A stretch of 64,000 nt of DNA, taken from the NCBI GenBank assembly GCA_037447605.1, contig CM074821.1, positions 868,001 to 932,000 of the forward strand, given 5' to 3'. Each line of letters starts with the position of its first letter. The first letter of the stretch is position 1. This DNA comes from Zygnema circumcarinatum SAG 698-1b. Its lineage: Eukaryota > Plantae > Zygnematophyceae. Shown here one piece after another: positions 35,365 to 48,061 of the stretch. Position numbers and translations under genes: made by a program. The notes under the pieces are model-generated. The model worked only from the letters and a program-made list of their open reading frames with translations. It was not told where the DNA came from and did no database searches.

Positions 35365-38300
35365 ATGGGGTGTGTATATTCAAATCCGCATCTGGAATCT
35401 GAGAGCCCTCGCGAGAAAAGCCGTTCACGTCGCGCAAGTACAAGTCTGGCAACCGAAACATCTCCGCATGCACCGAAGTTGAAGCCTTCCAGACAGGCCT
35501 CTCTCACGCAAACGGGAGACGAGGTGGCGGAACGGAGGAAGGAGCGGGTGGGGGAGGGAGTGGGAGAGGTGGCAGGGAGACCCACTCCCAGCCCTCTAAT
35601 GGGGTTGATTCCAAAGAGCATTGAAGGGGAGCAGGTGGCAGCAGGTTGGCCTGCTTGGCTTGCAGCAGTTGCAGGGGAGGCTATAAAGGGATGGGTGCCC
35701 CGTAGGGCTGACTCTTTTGAGAAACTGGACAAGGTGAGTGGAGATTCTTTGCACAGTTATAGGGGACTAGAGGGGAAGGGGATGTACGCGTTTTGCGAAA
35801 GAATTCCTTGAGTGAATTGAAGCTTCCGAGGTAGGAGAGTTTTGCTTTCCTTTGTTGGGTTTTCTTGGGTTCGGGAGAATTTGGCAGCGCAGTGATGGTT
35901 TTTTCTTGTTAAGTTTACAGAAGGGGAAAGGTCGTGGGACTTCAAATGCTATATACTCACTAGTTTCTGCATACGGAAAGTATATTCTAACTGCATGTCT
36001 CATTGAGTCCATTGTTAGAACAGCGAATAGAAGGTGCAGAGGGTCTTTACTGGGGTGCTGGGAGGCTCTGTAAGGGGTGCTAAAATTCTATTTTGCGTTA
36101 CCATTTCTTGCAGATAGGGCAAGGTACATACAGCAATGTGTACAAAGCCCGAGATTTGGAGACTGGCAAACTTGTGGCTCTGAAAAAGGTTAGATTTGAT
36201 AACTTGGAGCCGGAAAGCGTGCGCTTTATGGCAAGAGAGATTGAAGTATTGCGGCGGTTGGATCATCCCAACATCATCCAACTCCTAGGTCTTGTCACGT
36301 CACGGATGAGCTGCAGTCTGTACTTGGTATTCGAGTACATGGAGCACGATCTTGCGGGACTAGCAGCATGCCCAAATATCACTTTTACTGAGCCGCAGGT
36401 CAGCCCCTTTTGCACTTTTACTACGAGGTTTTTTGGTTTTTGGTACATCGCCACAATCTTGTAGGAGCTATAAGCTCTTTTCCATGTTGCATTCATTGGT
36501 TATCTCGAGATAGATAGCAATGTGTGTTACGAAAAATAGTCTGGAGGAACAGGCAATGTGTGTAGATATCCTGTGAAGGATGGAAGTTTTCTGGCGATGC
36601 AGGTTAAGTGCTACATGCAGCAGCTTTTGATGGGGTTGGAGCATTGCCACTCCCGAGGAGTTCTCCATCGAGACATCAAAGGTTCAAACCTTTTGCTCGA
36701 CAACAAGGGCATTTTGAAAATAGCAGATTTTGGGTTGGCCACATTTTACCGACCGGAGCAGAACGTCCCTCTCACAAGCCGTGTGGTTACTCTTTGGTAT
36801 CGACCCCCTGAACTCCTTTTGGGAGCTACAAGCTATGGGGTGGCTGTCGACCTATGGAGTTCAGGCTGTATTTTGGCTGAGCTATTGGCTGGAAAACCCA
36901 TTATGCCCGGCCGTACAGAGGTGGGTTTTGGAATTACTAGGGATTTGAACTTGTTAGATATGGGTTGTTGTTGTTGTAGATAGGACACTTGCGAGAGGTT
37001 TTGTGTGTAGTCGTTCTTTTCTTGCACCCAGCTTCCATATAGCTTTCCATTCATTCTCGTTTTTACAGAGACGCAGGGCCAATGTGAGGAGAATCTGCGT
37101 TTCTGGATGTACTTGTGAGTGATTTGGGATGATTTAGTAGAATTAGTGGGATTTTGTGTTGTAACAAAAGAGTGGGGATTTTGAATGTTGTGGGGAGCAG
37201 GTGGAGCAGCTTCACAAGATTTTCAAACTTTGCGGATCACCTTCGGAGGAGTATTGGCGTAAATCTCGCCTCCCCCATGCAACCATCTTCAAGCCAACTC
37301 AACCGTACAAACGCAGTCTCTCAGAAGTGTTTAAGGACTTTCCTCCAACCAGTCTTGCTCTGCTTGAGAAGCTGCTTTCGATTGAGCCGGCAGATAGAGG
37401 AACGGCAAATCAGGCTCTGCAGAGCGAGGTGTGTGAAACAAATGAATGACTGAATGAAGGAATGAATGCAGTGATGTGAAGTGAATTGGGTGAGCACATC
37501 GATGAGATTATGAAGTCATTGTTGCCGAATGACATGGCTCAGTCTGTGCTCATTCACTGTCAAGAAACTGAACGAAAGAGAAACAGTACTGATCAGATAC
37601 AGTACTTGGGATAGCGTGGGTTTTTGCAGCTGTGAATGCTATTGGGCTGTTCGATGGATAGCATTTCAGGCTGTGGGCAAAAAGGCTGAACGACTTAGCA
37701 ACTTGTTATCACCCTTTTTTTCTGTATTGCTCTGTTACCTGTTTTATGAGTGTTCTGAAAGCTGCAGTTTTCCTTATCCAAATCTGTAAATCTGTACTTC
37801 TTTTGTACAGTTCTTTACCGCCAAGCCTTTGCCATGCGACCCGAGCAGTCTGCCAGAGTACCCTCCTAGTAAAGAGTACGATGCAAAGCTTCGAGATGAA
37901 GAGGCACGCAGGTAGATTCTTTCGCCCTCCCTCCCTCCCTCCCTCCTCTTTCTCTCCCTCTCGCTGCGTCAGTGTTCCATCAGTGACTACTATGTTGGCG
38001 ATTTAGGCCCTGTACAAATGTCGAAGTTGTTTGACTGCAATTGCTGCATATTTACAGGTTGTTTATGTTCTTTTTCATTGCGAACCTGCTAGGAAGCTGC
38101 ACTTGAATGCAGCCCAGATGCATGATGCAGATACTTCTTATTAAAAAGGCTTTTCCCAGTGATTTTCCCCTAGTGTCCGTTCTAGTTACCTAGTAATGTA
38201 CCTTTAGGAGCTGTTACCTGAAGGGTTTTCAAACCCGTACTATGAGTTAATCTGCTTGTGAAATTGTCGGACCTGAAATTTGCAGGCAAAGAAATCAGCC

Positions 38301-39778
38301 CGGACGAGTTAGCCGCGCAGCTGTGGAACACAAAAGACAAGGCTCATCAAGGAGCCGCGCTGTGCCGGCACCCCACGCTAATGCGGAGGACCCCACAGCC
38401 ATAGCCTCCATGGTGAGCTTCTTCCCTCTGCAACTCCCCCCCCTCCCTCACTTTCTCCGTTGTACGCAGTAGAGAGGTGAGGTCGATAGAATGTGGCGAA
38501 CCGCTACTTTGTGTCTTCGGATTTTGAACTTTTCTAGCATTAGCAGAGAGTTCGACATACTTCTTACGACTTTCCAGAACTCTCATGCAAGAAGTTCTTG
38601 TTCAACAAGGATTTAACCCTTCCCCTTCCTTGTGCTTCTCCGTTGCCTTACCCTTTGCAGAAAGCTCGACAGAGCCAATCCTCGTCAAAGAAAAGTCAGT
38701 CTGAAAAATTCTCATCAAATGAACAGTCCGGGGCATTCCACACCTTAGCTGGGGGAGATACGCGGGAAGCTTCCGCGCAGCTGCAGAGTAGCCGTCCCCA
38801 CCCCCATGCTTCTAAGTCCGGCCCTCAGCCGATGCTTCCTGGAAAGGGGGGAGGGGCGGGTCCATCCTCTGCTTGGGGAAGTAAGGGGGCGGGAAATCCC
38901 GGTGAGCTTCCGGATGTGAGAATGGCCCCCCCTAGAATGACTTCTCGACCGGGAAAATCTGTAACTGTTCCGGACTTTGCCCTTCAGGGAGGGTACCCAG
39001 ATGTGCGGCCAAGGTTGGAAGGGGGGCCACCTGGGTTTAACGGTTCGCAGAATGGGGTCAGAGAGCATTCGCGAGATCATGGGGGGTCGAAAAAGACGCG
39101 TGAGAGGGAGCGGGAGAGGGAGAGGGAGGGCACACGAGATAGGGAGCGTGAGGGAGGCCATAGCGAAGCTCGAAGAGAGCGAAATCTGAGCAGCGACCAT
39201 GTGGTAAGCTTGGGAAGCTGCCTCTTCTCTCTATTCTTTCCTACTTTCACCCTATGTTTACCTGTCCATCTCTCTCTATGGGGAAGGCTGAGTTAGCAGC
39301 TTGCAAGGCTAAGCCTAATCCGAGTGTTATAGCCAACATCATCAACATCATCATGCATCCTTTGCGAAATTGGTATCATGTTGGGAGCTGGGCAATGTGC
39401 ATATTTGAAAAATTGCGGGGTGGGATGGGGGCAAAGATTTGACAGGTAGAAGGGCGAAGTCGTGCAATCAGCAGCAGCGGTGCGAGTGGCAGTCAGCCCC
39501 CTCTTGAGAGTGGGAGAGAGTTGGAGGCATCCCTCCAACATCACACTCCCACTTGGAATGAGAGTCGGGGGGGTCACAGCGGACCCCTGCAGGTTACCAA
39601 CATGGGAATTGTCCCCGCAGGGGGGGGACACCATAGGACGGGGTCGGGCTCTTTCTCTCTCGGAGCAGCTACCGGCCCCGGAAAGGGAGGGGTCTCAGAG
39701 GAGAGGAAATTGGGGGTAGGAGGAGGGGGAGGGTATGGGAAGGGAGGAGGGCGGGAGGCCCCATCTGGAAAAGCTTGA
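35365..39778 (+). CDS. CDK-like Ser/Thr kinase, plant CDKC-related At1g54610/CKL family, ~767 aa, 8 exons
   Basis: Exons 35365-35733, 36114-36398, 36603-36920, 37201-37428, 37811-37911, 38286-38412, 38661-39203, 39446-39778, all GT-AG and phase-consistent. MGC start; GEQVAAGWPAWL, GQGTYSNVY, HRDIKGSNLL, DFGLA, TSRVVTLWYRPPELLLG, PPSKEYDAK, SEKF and HSGPL motifs. The last exon is less certain. Confidence 0.95.
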
Positions 39779-39948
39779 CAGCTGTCCCATTTATTTTCTT
39801 AGTCTGTGGATGTAGTAACCTTAGAGACGCTTCTGCCCTGGGATTTGGGGTCTTCACATTCCTTTACTTTGCCTTTTAAGTCACATCGGAAGAGTACAGG
39901 CTTCCTGTTTGGTGGGGGGTTGGGGGGGGGGGGGGGGGNNNNNNNNNN

Positions 39949-42534
39949 GGGGGTTGGGGGGAGGGAAGGGGAGAGGGAGGAGTTTAGGGAGCGGAACTGG
40001 GAAAGGGCTCGAAGTCAGTGCCCTCTCCCCCCCCACCCCCTATTCCACTCTCTCTGTGTCTCTCTCTCTACCCTGATAGTGTAGCAGACAGTGGCTGCGG
40101 GCACAGGGGTACAGTAATAAGCAGATTAGGGAGTGCATAATGTAGAGGAGCAGGTAGACAGCACGTGCCAAAAAGGCGACCTTGTCTTATACGGCCGCAG
40201 CTTAATAAGTTTTCTCAATGCCCTTTGGGAGGGGGGGGAAGGGGGGGGGCAACATGTGGGAGGGGGGGCTCTGTGCCGTATTCGGCAACTGAATTGTGAC
40301 AAAGACAGGCTCGTGGGATGCTATGTCGGCTAATTCACTTCGATTGACAGTCCCTCCTTTTGTGACTAGGTTTTCGACCGATAAAAGTCAATTTTTAGGT
40401 TTTCTGATTATTGTGGGCTCTGTTGTGAGGGCTCTGCCTTATCGCAATTTGTTACTTGGATGTGAATGGAAGAACGGGATTAAGGGGACCGAGCTCTCAA
40501 CAACAACAATATTTCTTGTTTTTTTTTCTTTTCTCTCTTATGTTCTTCAGCAAATGTTGGAAGAAATACCGTATATACCCTTGTAGTGATTGTCTTCCCT
40601 TTTGAAGTCCTGATTACAAGTCGAAATGCAGACAATAAACACTTCATAACTGAAGGGGATGTTCGTATTATTCTTTTTATATACATTAGAATGTTAGAAT
40701 CTCTAAAAGCGCTCACATCCCATAAAATAATCTAAAGGCCCACCTTCAGGAGGAAAATGAACCCCCTCCAACCCTGTCTCAATCTCTTCTATGGTTTTTT
40801 GTTCATACTGAAACATGAAATGAGTATCCCCACTTCAACATAGGGCGTGTTGCCCGAGCAATCGCCTCCCCCACTGAGATACCAATTCTTTCTGTTGTAA
40901 TCTGCCGACAGCCCCCCCCATGGCCCCTGCTCGGGCCACAAACCCCTCTCAAATCTTGCACATCAAAATCCTTCATGGTAAGCCTAGACAGCTTGTGACA
41001 CATTTATGTGCCCTCTGACGCTGACAAGTGTGACAGTGTACAGTCTAGAACATAGAAAAAATTCCCTACGGAAGCAAACTTTTCTAAATGACAGGAGGCA
41101 TAGATTGAGGGGAAGTGGTGGGGTTAAACGCCTATTTAGGGCATTAGGGTTTCTAGGGTAAACGAGGCGCAATGATTAGCTTGTTTTGCATTGCTTGTGG
41201 ACTGAGAAAAATGAAATTGAGCAACCATTGTGTGAANNNNNNNNNNGGGGGTTGGGGGGAGGGAAGGGGAGAGGGAGGAGTTTAGGGAGCGGAACTGGGA
41301 AAGGGCTCGAAGTCAGTGCCCTCTCCCCCCCCACCCCCTATTCCACTCTCTCTGTGTCTCTCTCTCTACCCTGATAGTGTAGCAGACAGTGGCTGCGGGC
41401 ACAGGGGTACAGTAATAAGCAGATTAGGGAGTGCATAATGTAGAGGAGCAGGTAGACAGCACGTGCCAAAAAGGCGACCTTGTCTTATACGGCCGCAGCT
41501 TAATAAGTTTTCTCAATGCCCTTTGGGAGGGGGGGGAAGGGGGGGGGCAACATGTGGGAGGGGGGGCTCTGTGCCGTATTCGGCAACTGAATTGTGACAA
41601 AGACAGGCTCGTGGGATGCTATGTCGGCTAATTCACTTCGATTGACAGTCCCTCCTTTTGTGACTAGGTTTTCGACCGATAAAAGTCAATTTTTAGGTTT
41701 TCTGATTATTGTGGGCTCTGTTGTGAGGGCTCTGCCTTATCGCAATTTGTTACTTGGATGTGAATGGAAGAACGGGATTAAGGGGACCGAGCTCTCAACA
41801 ACAACAATATTTCTTGTTTTTTTTTCTTTTCTCTCTTATGTTCTTCAGCAAATGTTGGAAGAAATACCGTATATACCCTTGTAGTGATTGTCTTCCCTTT
41901 TGAAGTCCTGATTACAAGTCGAAATGCAGACAATAAACACTTCATAACTGAAGGGGATGTTCGTATTATTCTTTTTATATACATTAGAATGTTAGAATCT
42001 CTAAAAGCGCTCACATCCCATAAAATAATCTAAAGGCCCACCTTCAGGAGGAAAATGAACCCCCTCCAACCCTGTCTCAATCTCTTCTATGGTTTTTTGT
42101 TCATACTGAAACATGAAATGAGTATCCCCACTTCAACATAGGGCGTGTTGCCCGAGCAATCGCCTCCCCCACTGAGATACCAATTCTTTCTGTTGTAATC
42201 TGCCGACAGCCCCCCCCATGGCCCCTGCTCGGGCCACAAACCCCTCTCAAATCTTGCACATCAAAATCCTTCATGGTAAGCCTAGACAGCTTGTGACACA
42301 TTTATGTGCCCTCTGACGCTGACAAGTGTGACAGTGTACAGTCTAGAACATAGAAAAAATTCCCTACGGAAGCAAACTTTTCTAAATGACAGGAGGCATA
42401 GATTGAGGGGAAGTGGTGGGGTTAAACGCCTATTTAGGGCATTAGGGTTTCTAGGGTAAACGAGGCGCAATGATTAGCTTGTTTTGCATTGCTTGTGGAC
42501 TGAGAAAAATGAAATTGAGCAACCATTGTGTGAA
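39949..42534. repeat. 1298-bp-period identical direct duplication joined by a 10-N gap (probable assembly artefact)
   Basis: 39949-41236 is repeated at 41247-42534 and gives identical ORF sets offset by 1298. Confidence 0.85.
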
Positions 42535-42749
42535 CTTGTTCCTTAACGATGGCCAAGGGCTTCCGAGCTTTGATTGAGTCAAACCCGCTTGCCAGCATAC
42601 CAGCCCTCCCAAAAAAAACGTGGATGCAATGCAACCTTATCTTATCGTTTACCAAACAAGAAAAAAAACCAAAAAACAAACAAAAAAAAAAAAAACTAAA
42701 AACTAAAACACTCGTGGCGCTTCACATAGTGCATGAGCCCGTCTGCCTG

Positions 42750-45700
42750 CTAGAAGCCGACGATTCTGGAAGCTTCTAGAAGGGCTTGCAAACTGTTGGG
42801 AGCGAACTTGCGTGCAAAAAGGTAACAGAGGGAAGCTCGCTTTTTCCCATTCGTGCAGAGGTCCGCCCCCTCCCGGGAGGGATCTTTGCGGTCTTCCTTG
42901 TCAAAATGCGTTCGGTTCTGCAGCACGGAACAGTACAACACAGAACCAGCCAAATAGTCCGTAGCAGAATCACAGCTGCATAGATCTCATCAGTTTGTGC
43001 ATCCCCTCCCTCTGAATGAATATTCGCCAGTTTTTGTTTTCCCCCTAGAGGGGTGAAGACCAGAGAAACGTTGAAACAAAAAAAAAAACCCAACGACAAA
43101 AAAAACAAAAGCTGATGAATCTCGGAAAACCTGAGAGCCTGGGGACCTTCAAACGCAAAAAAAAAAACAAAAAAAAAACAAAAAAAAAACAAAAAAAAAA
43201 AAAGAGAGCCCACAATCTCACACCACAAAAAACAAATGGATGCTGCTTCCTGTCACTTAAGAGCTCATGTTGTTCTCTCATTCATCCTAAAAGCTTCACT
43301 CACTTGAAGGAATTGGATGAATCCTGGAGTGACATCTGTCGCATTGAACTCATCAGGGTGCCAACTGTCCGGGGCAAAATGTGTATATGTCAACGAGCGT
43401 CTGTTCAGATATTTTTCTTCCTCAAGAATCTGCCTCCTCCATCCCTCCCTCCTTTCACCCCATAAGAAGATGTTCTGACTATGACTAACGTACAGAGTAC
43501 AGCCAATAGTTCCCACTCCATGCATTGCTTTGTTCTGTTATATGCGACTGAACAGGAGAAAAGAGGGGAAAAAACCTGCCAACTGAGAAGGAGTACTCAC
43601 CGCCATCAGTGTTTGCACATAGAACTCATCCGCAATCTGAATGAGTCTCCATCAGCACCCACAACAGGACAGTTTAGGTTTTGGGTTCAGTGAGTCTTGG
43701 ACTTAAGACTGAATCAAAACGATCGATCGATTTTCAAGGTGAACTGATTTTTTAGATTGCACATTTGTTGTTCCCTCCTCACCTTGAACTTCCTCTCCTT
43801 GAAGAGGTTGAAGTAGGTATCATCCATTACCACTTTCTCTGCGTGCCTTCGGTTGAGCACGAACCACTGCATGAGGGAAGACATCATGTCACGTCACGCA
43901 CATGTATTGCATGCCACACATGCCAGAGGCCATGGCCTGACATTAAAAAAAAAGGAAAAAAAAAAAAACTGATAGCAAAAAGTGCACCTCTTCATCTCAA
44001 ATTTGAGGTTGTTTTTGTTTATAGAAGCCAACCCTTGATGTAATCAGCATTCACAAACCCATTCAGTGCCTTACATTTCTTACATTTCATTTCATTTCTC
44101 TCTTCTGCTTTCAGTATTTTTATCAGTATTGCCAAAAGAACCAGGAAAATATAAGGGGAAGTGAGCAGGAAATGGAGCATTCTTCGCCATTTGCAACCCC
44201 AACCTGTGATCCTTTCCGCCATTGTCTGCCCTTTATGATGGGGTCCATATCTCTGTCATATCGCGGATTGTTCTTTCGATGACTGGAAAACAAGAGGGGT
44301 TCGAACAGACTCAGATTGGTTCAAACATTTCCTACTCCCCATAAAGGACAAAGAGAGGGAAGAGAAAAGGAAGAGACAAGTGGCTAAACCTTCAAAACCC
44401 TAAACAGACATAAGCTAAATGTTTAAAAGCAAATTCGATGAAGGTGACAGACCAAGATGATGAAAATTTGTGTGTGGGTTTAGGGTTCCTACCTGGTCAG
44501 ATGACTCAAATTGGTGGCAAAGAGGTAATCTTGAACATAGGTGAAGTTGTGGAGAGGGATGCATCTGTAGTTGGGAGATAATGACCCCAATCTCCCAAAT
44601 CACGAGTGAAACAAATTTGCTTTCTTCTGAATGCAGAAACACTTTTGGAAACGAATCGGAGAGGGCTTCAAAACTGGAATATCAAAAGGTTAAGCCTCTT
44701 TTAATGATCAATCAGTAAAGTCTATGGCAATGTACAGCTTATAGCTACAAGGTTGGCCACATAGAAGTCAAAGCTTCCCCCTCAGCGTTTTTAACATTTC
44801 TTTTCTTCTCAAGTAGACTCTTTATCGGAACACCCGTTAAAGACCATTATTACCACCCATTATGATATGAGACTTCCTCGTAGTTTCAAAAAAGTTCCCT
44901 CTTAACCTTTGCAAGTCTGCCCCAATTCGAGTCTACTTTAGAATAAAAAGGGCCCCAAAGGAGGGGCATTTCTCAGAAAGGACAAAAGATGCTCACGCTT
45001 CGGAAAGAAGGATGAATCGCTGCACAGTTTTGTCGCGTAGTGCTGTAGCCAGTAGGCGCCTTGTGGCTGTGACAATTGTCACACTGCCCCAACGTATCTG
45101 TAATAGCCGCACACATGCATACACATATAGTTACATATGTCTCATATATATATATATATATTATATATGTATATATATCAGAAAACTCACATGAGTGAAT
45201 CTTACTCACGTCTCACGCCATGGCTGAAGAGGTGGTAAAGTTTTTTTGAAAAATCGATGCCATCAGATGAAAACCATACATAAATTCTGAGCCGCAGATA
45301 AACACATAGCTTGAGCAAGTCTAGCTTCGTGAAGGAGCCTTTGTCGTCATTCAGATGCCCTAAACAGGCATAGTTAAGGAAATAAAGGTTTCAAAAGTGA
45401 GAGGGCGAACTCACTGGAATGCTTGGAATTTGAGTGTTGTAAAATTCCCGAGCGGCGACAGTGGAGGAATTATACTGAAAAGAGCTATTGGAAGAGTGAA
45501 CATGAAGAACATACTCCCCCTTATGGCCCTGCAAAAATCTCACTGCCCTTATGAATCATCAAAATGTCGTCTTAGTGAAATACAAACTACTTCGCCGAAT
45601 ATGAATTCCTCCCCCCCCCCCCCCCTCCCCCCTCCTCCCCCCTCTCTCTCTTTCGCTCTCTCTTTCTCCCTCCCCTCTCTCTCTCCCCCCCTCACTCACT

Positions 45701-46387
45701 CTCTCTCTCTCCCTCTCTCTGAGAAGGATGGTGAAGAATAAAATTTTGCACCTTCAGAAACTTGCGCCAGAGGGCTGCAAGAGGGAGTGGCCCTTGAGTC
45801 AAAAAAAGGAACGCCATCTTTCCTTTGGCATCTTTCGAAAACCCTCCCTTCAAAATGTGCCTCCTCGCGGACCCCAGAATGCGTTTATCGATCGCTTGCT
45901 GCTTCTCCTCCTCCTCCGCAGACAGCACAAGAGGAGAGAAGTGCTTCCTTCTATTGCTTTTCCCATCCGTACTCTGCCCCTCCTGTACTACCCCACTGGT
46001 CACGTTTTTACTTGCAAACTCAGCACTTGCTCCTGCTTCTTTTCCGCCCGAGCCAATACCCATCAATAGGTTTTCTAAGGGCTCACTTTTAGTAACATTG
46101 CCCCGAGACTGCGCTCCACTCTCTGATGCATTCTTTGATTCCATGCCCTCCTTGATGCTGCCAGTATCTGCACCTCCCGGATGCTGCTTGCCAGTCACAT
46201 TGCCTCCCCCTTCTTTCCATTTTGCAGGCACTTCCACATTCCAATCTGATTCTATTCCTTCAATGGGGCCCTTCACTTGGAGCGTGGAGCCTCCACTGAT
46301 AATTATTGCTGTTGTGATCAAGAAGGTGAGTAAGGTCAGCAGTGCAGCTGCAGCTGCAGCCCCAACATAGGGCTGCTTCACATCCAT
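42750..46387 (-). CDS. Core-2/I-branching-like glycosyltransferase (DUF266/BC10-like, GT14-related), type II membrane protein
   Basis: Exons 46387-45752, 45528-45415, 45097-44997, 44564-44493, 44282-44204, 43866-43783, 43636-43601, 43534-43494 (inferred from phase only), 43400-43304, 42917-42750. N-terminal TM helix; KMAFLFLTQGPLPL, RRLLATAL, FILLSEACIPL, QWRKGSQWF, ADEFY, RSLTY and CYLFARKF motifs. Confidence 0.92.
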
Positions 46388-48061
46388 CGTCTGCCCCTTC
46401 CTAGTTAAAAAAAGCGCATTTTGATGGACTCGAGCAAAGCAATCTTCCTGTTTCCATAGTCAGATCGCTTGGATGAAGACAGCTACTGTTGCAGACTGAA
46501 ACACAGCAGGAAAAGAGAGAGAGAGAGAGAGAAAAAAAAAAAAAAAAAACACAACAGAGGAAGAACCCGAAACCCTTAAAACCACAAAAATCCAAAAGCC
46601 CTTTTCAGCAGAAAGGTAGAATTGCAGACTTGAAAAAGAAGGGAAGCTCAGACTTCGGCCGAAACCACGCGATCAGGCCTCCGAGGTTTTGAAGAGAGCC
46701 CCATTCACATGTGAGCGCCAAACTTTCAAAATTTGAAAAGATCAAACTGCGCAGTTCCCATTAAACATAGAACGTATCAAACCATATCGAGATATTTCGA
46801 TATTTAGTACGTTCTTATGTTTGGGTCGATGCTGGACTTGTCACGTGGCGATCGGGAATTCGTTCCCCGTGATAGGATCCAACGGCTGGGATTGCAGTGT
46901 GCACGGATGGATGCGATTTGGGACGTCGGATTTCTGTCACGTCACGCAATGGTAGACAATTCTCCCTCCCGGAGAGCCCTGGAGTGCGCAGGAAACGTTG
47001 GGACGATATCGTGGGTTTGAGTGGTTGCATGTTTTTTGGTTCTACAGTTTTTAGAGTTTCTAGGGTTTTGGGGCTTTTGGGGTTGTTGGGCTTTCAGGGT
47101 TTTATGGTATGGTCACTACTTCGACAATATAAAGAAGGCGAACTGCTGGGAATGCACGCAAGGAGTGCATGAAAGCGCTGACTCTCTATGCGTAAGAAAC
47201 ACGAGGAGTCCAAATTTTCATAAACCCGCAGACAGTTCAGGGTTGCTTCTTTGTGAAAAAAGTGTGAAACATGCAAAAAACATGTTTGATTTGTCAAAGC
47301 CACTCTCCGATCTATTATCAATAGGAAGAATGCAGTTTGTAAGAGGTTGGAATATGGAGCGGGGAAGAGGGGGAAGAGGTAGACAGAAGTTGGAGGGGAG
47401 AGAAGCGAGAGAGAGAGAGGATGAGGGGAGAGATGGAAAGAGCGAAGGAGATGGAGAGGGAGAAGGTAATGGAGAGAGAAGGGGGTGGAGAGTGAGGAGG
47501 TGGAGAGAGGGCGATGGAGAGAGAGAAGGAAAGGGATGGAAGAGGAGCAACCCTGTTAGCCATGGAACGTGAAGTGACTAAAATCGATTATTTGCTCTAA
47601 AAGAAGCCTTTCGACTACAGTACTGCGAGATGAGAGGGCATACCTTTGTCTAACAAAAGAAAAAAAACTGGCTAGAATTACAAATTGGCAAAAAGATCAC
47701 TAGCTTTACAAGGTGCAAATTTAAATTCACCTCTGAAGTTTGGACAATATTCACATTTGCCTCTGTAATTGTAAGGTGGGGCGAGCGTAATTTACACTGA
47801 AAGTGCACTAATGGAAAGAACGAGAAAAATGGGACAGGGAAGGAAGAGAGAGAAAGCATCTAAACTACGTCAGTTCCTATCAGTTCCGTTTAGTTCCATT
47901 CAGTTCAGTTCTGTTCCTCCTCCGAGCCTTAATGATAATCACAAAATGGGCCGCTCCATTCGATGGTAACCAAATTAAAGAAGTAAGGCCTCATAGGGCG
48001 GGCAGGCCCTCGAATGCCAAAATTGGTGTCAGGAATCGAGGTCGCAATTTTGAGAGCTTGT

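Noticed and set aside
39949-42534. 1.3-kb tandem duplication between the kinase and glycosyltransferase 3' ends
   Set aside because: The copies appear identical and are joined by a 10-N spacer, typical of overlapping contigs that were not merged.
47021-47572. 183-aa ORF between the glycosyltransferase and ZUP1-like genes
   Set aside because: Non-ATG start, low-complexity ends and no identifiable motif or splice structure.
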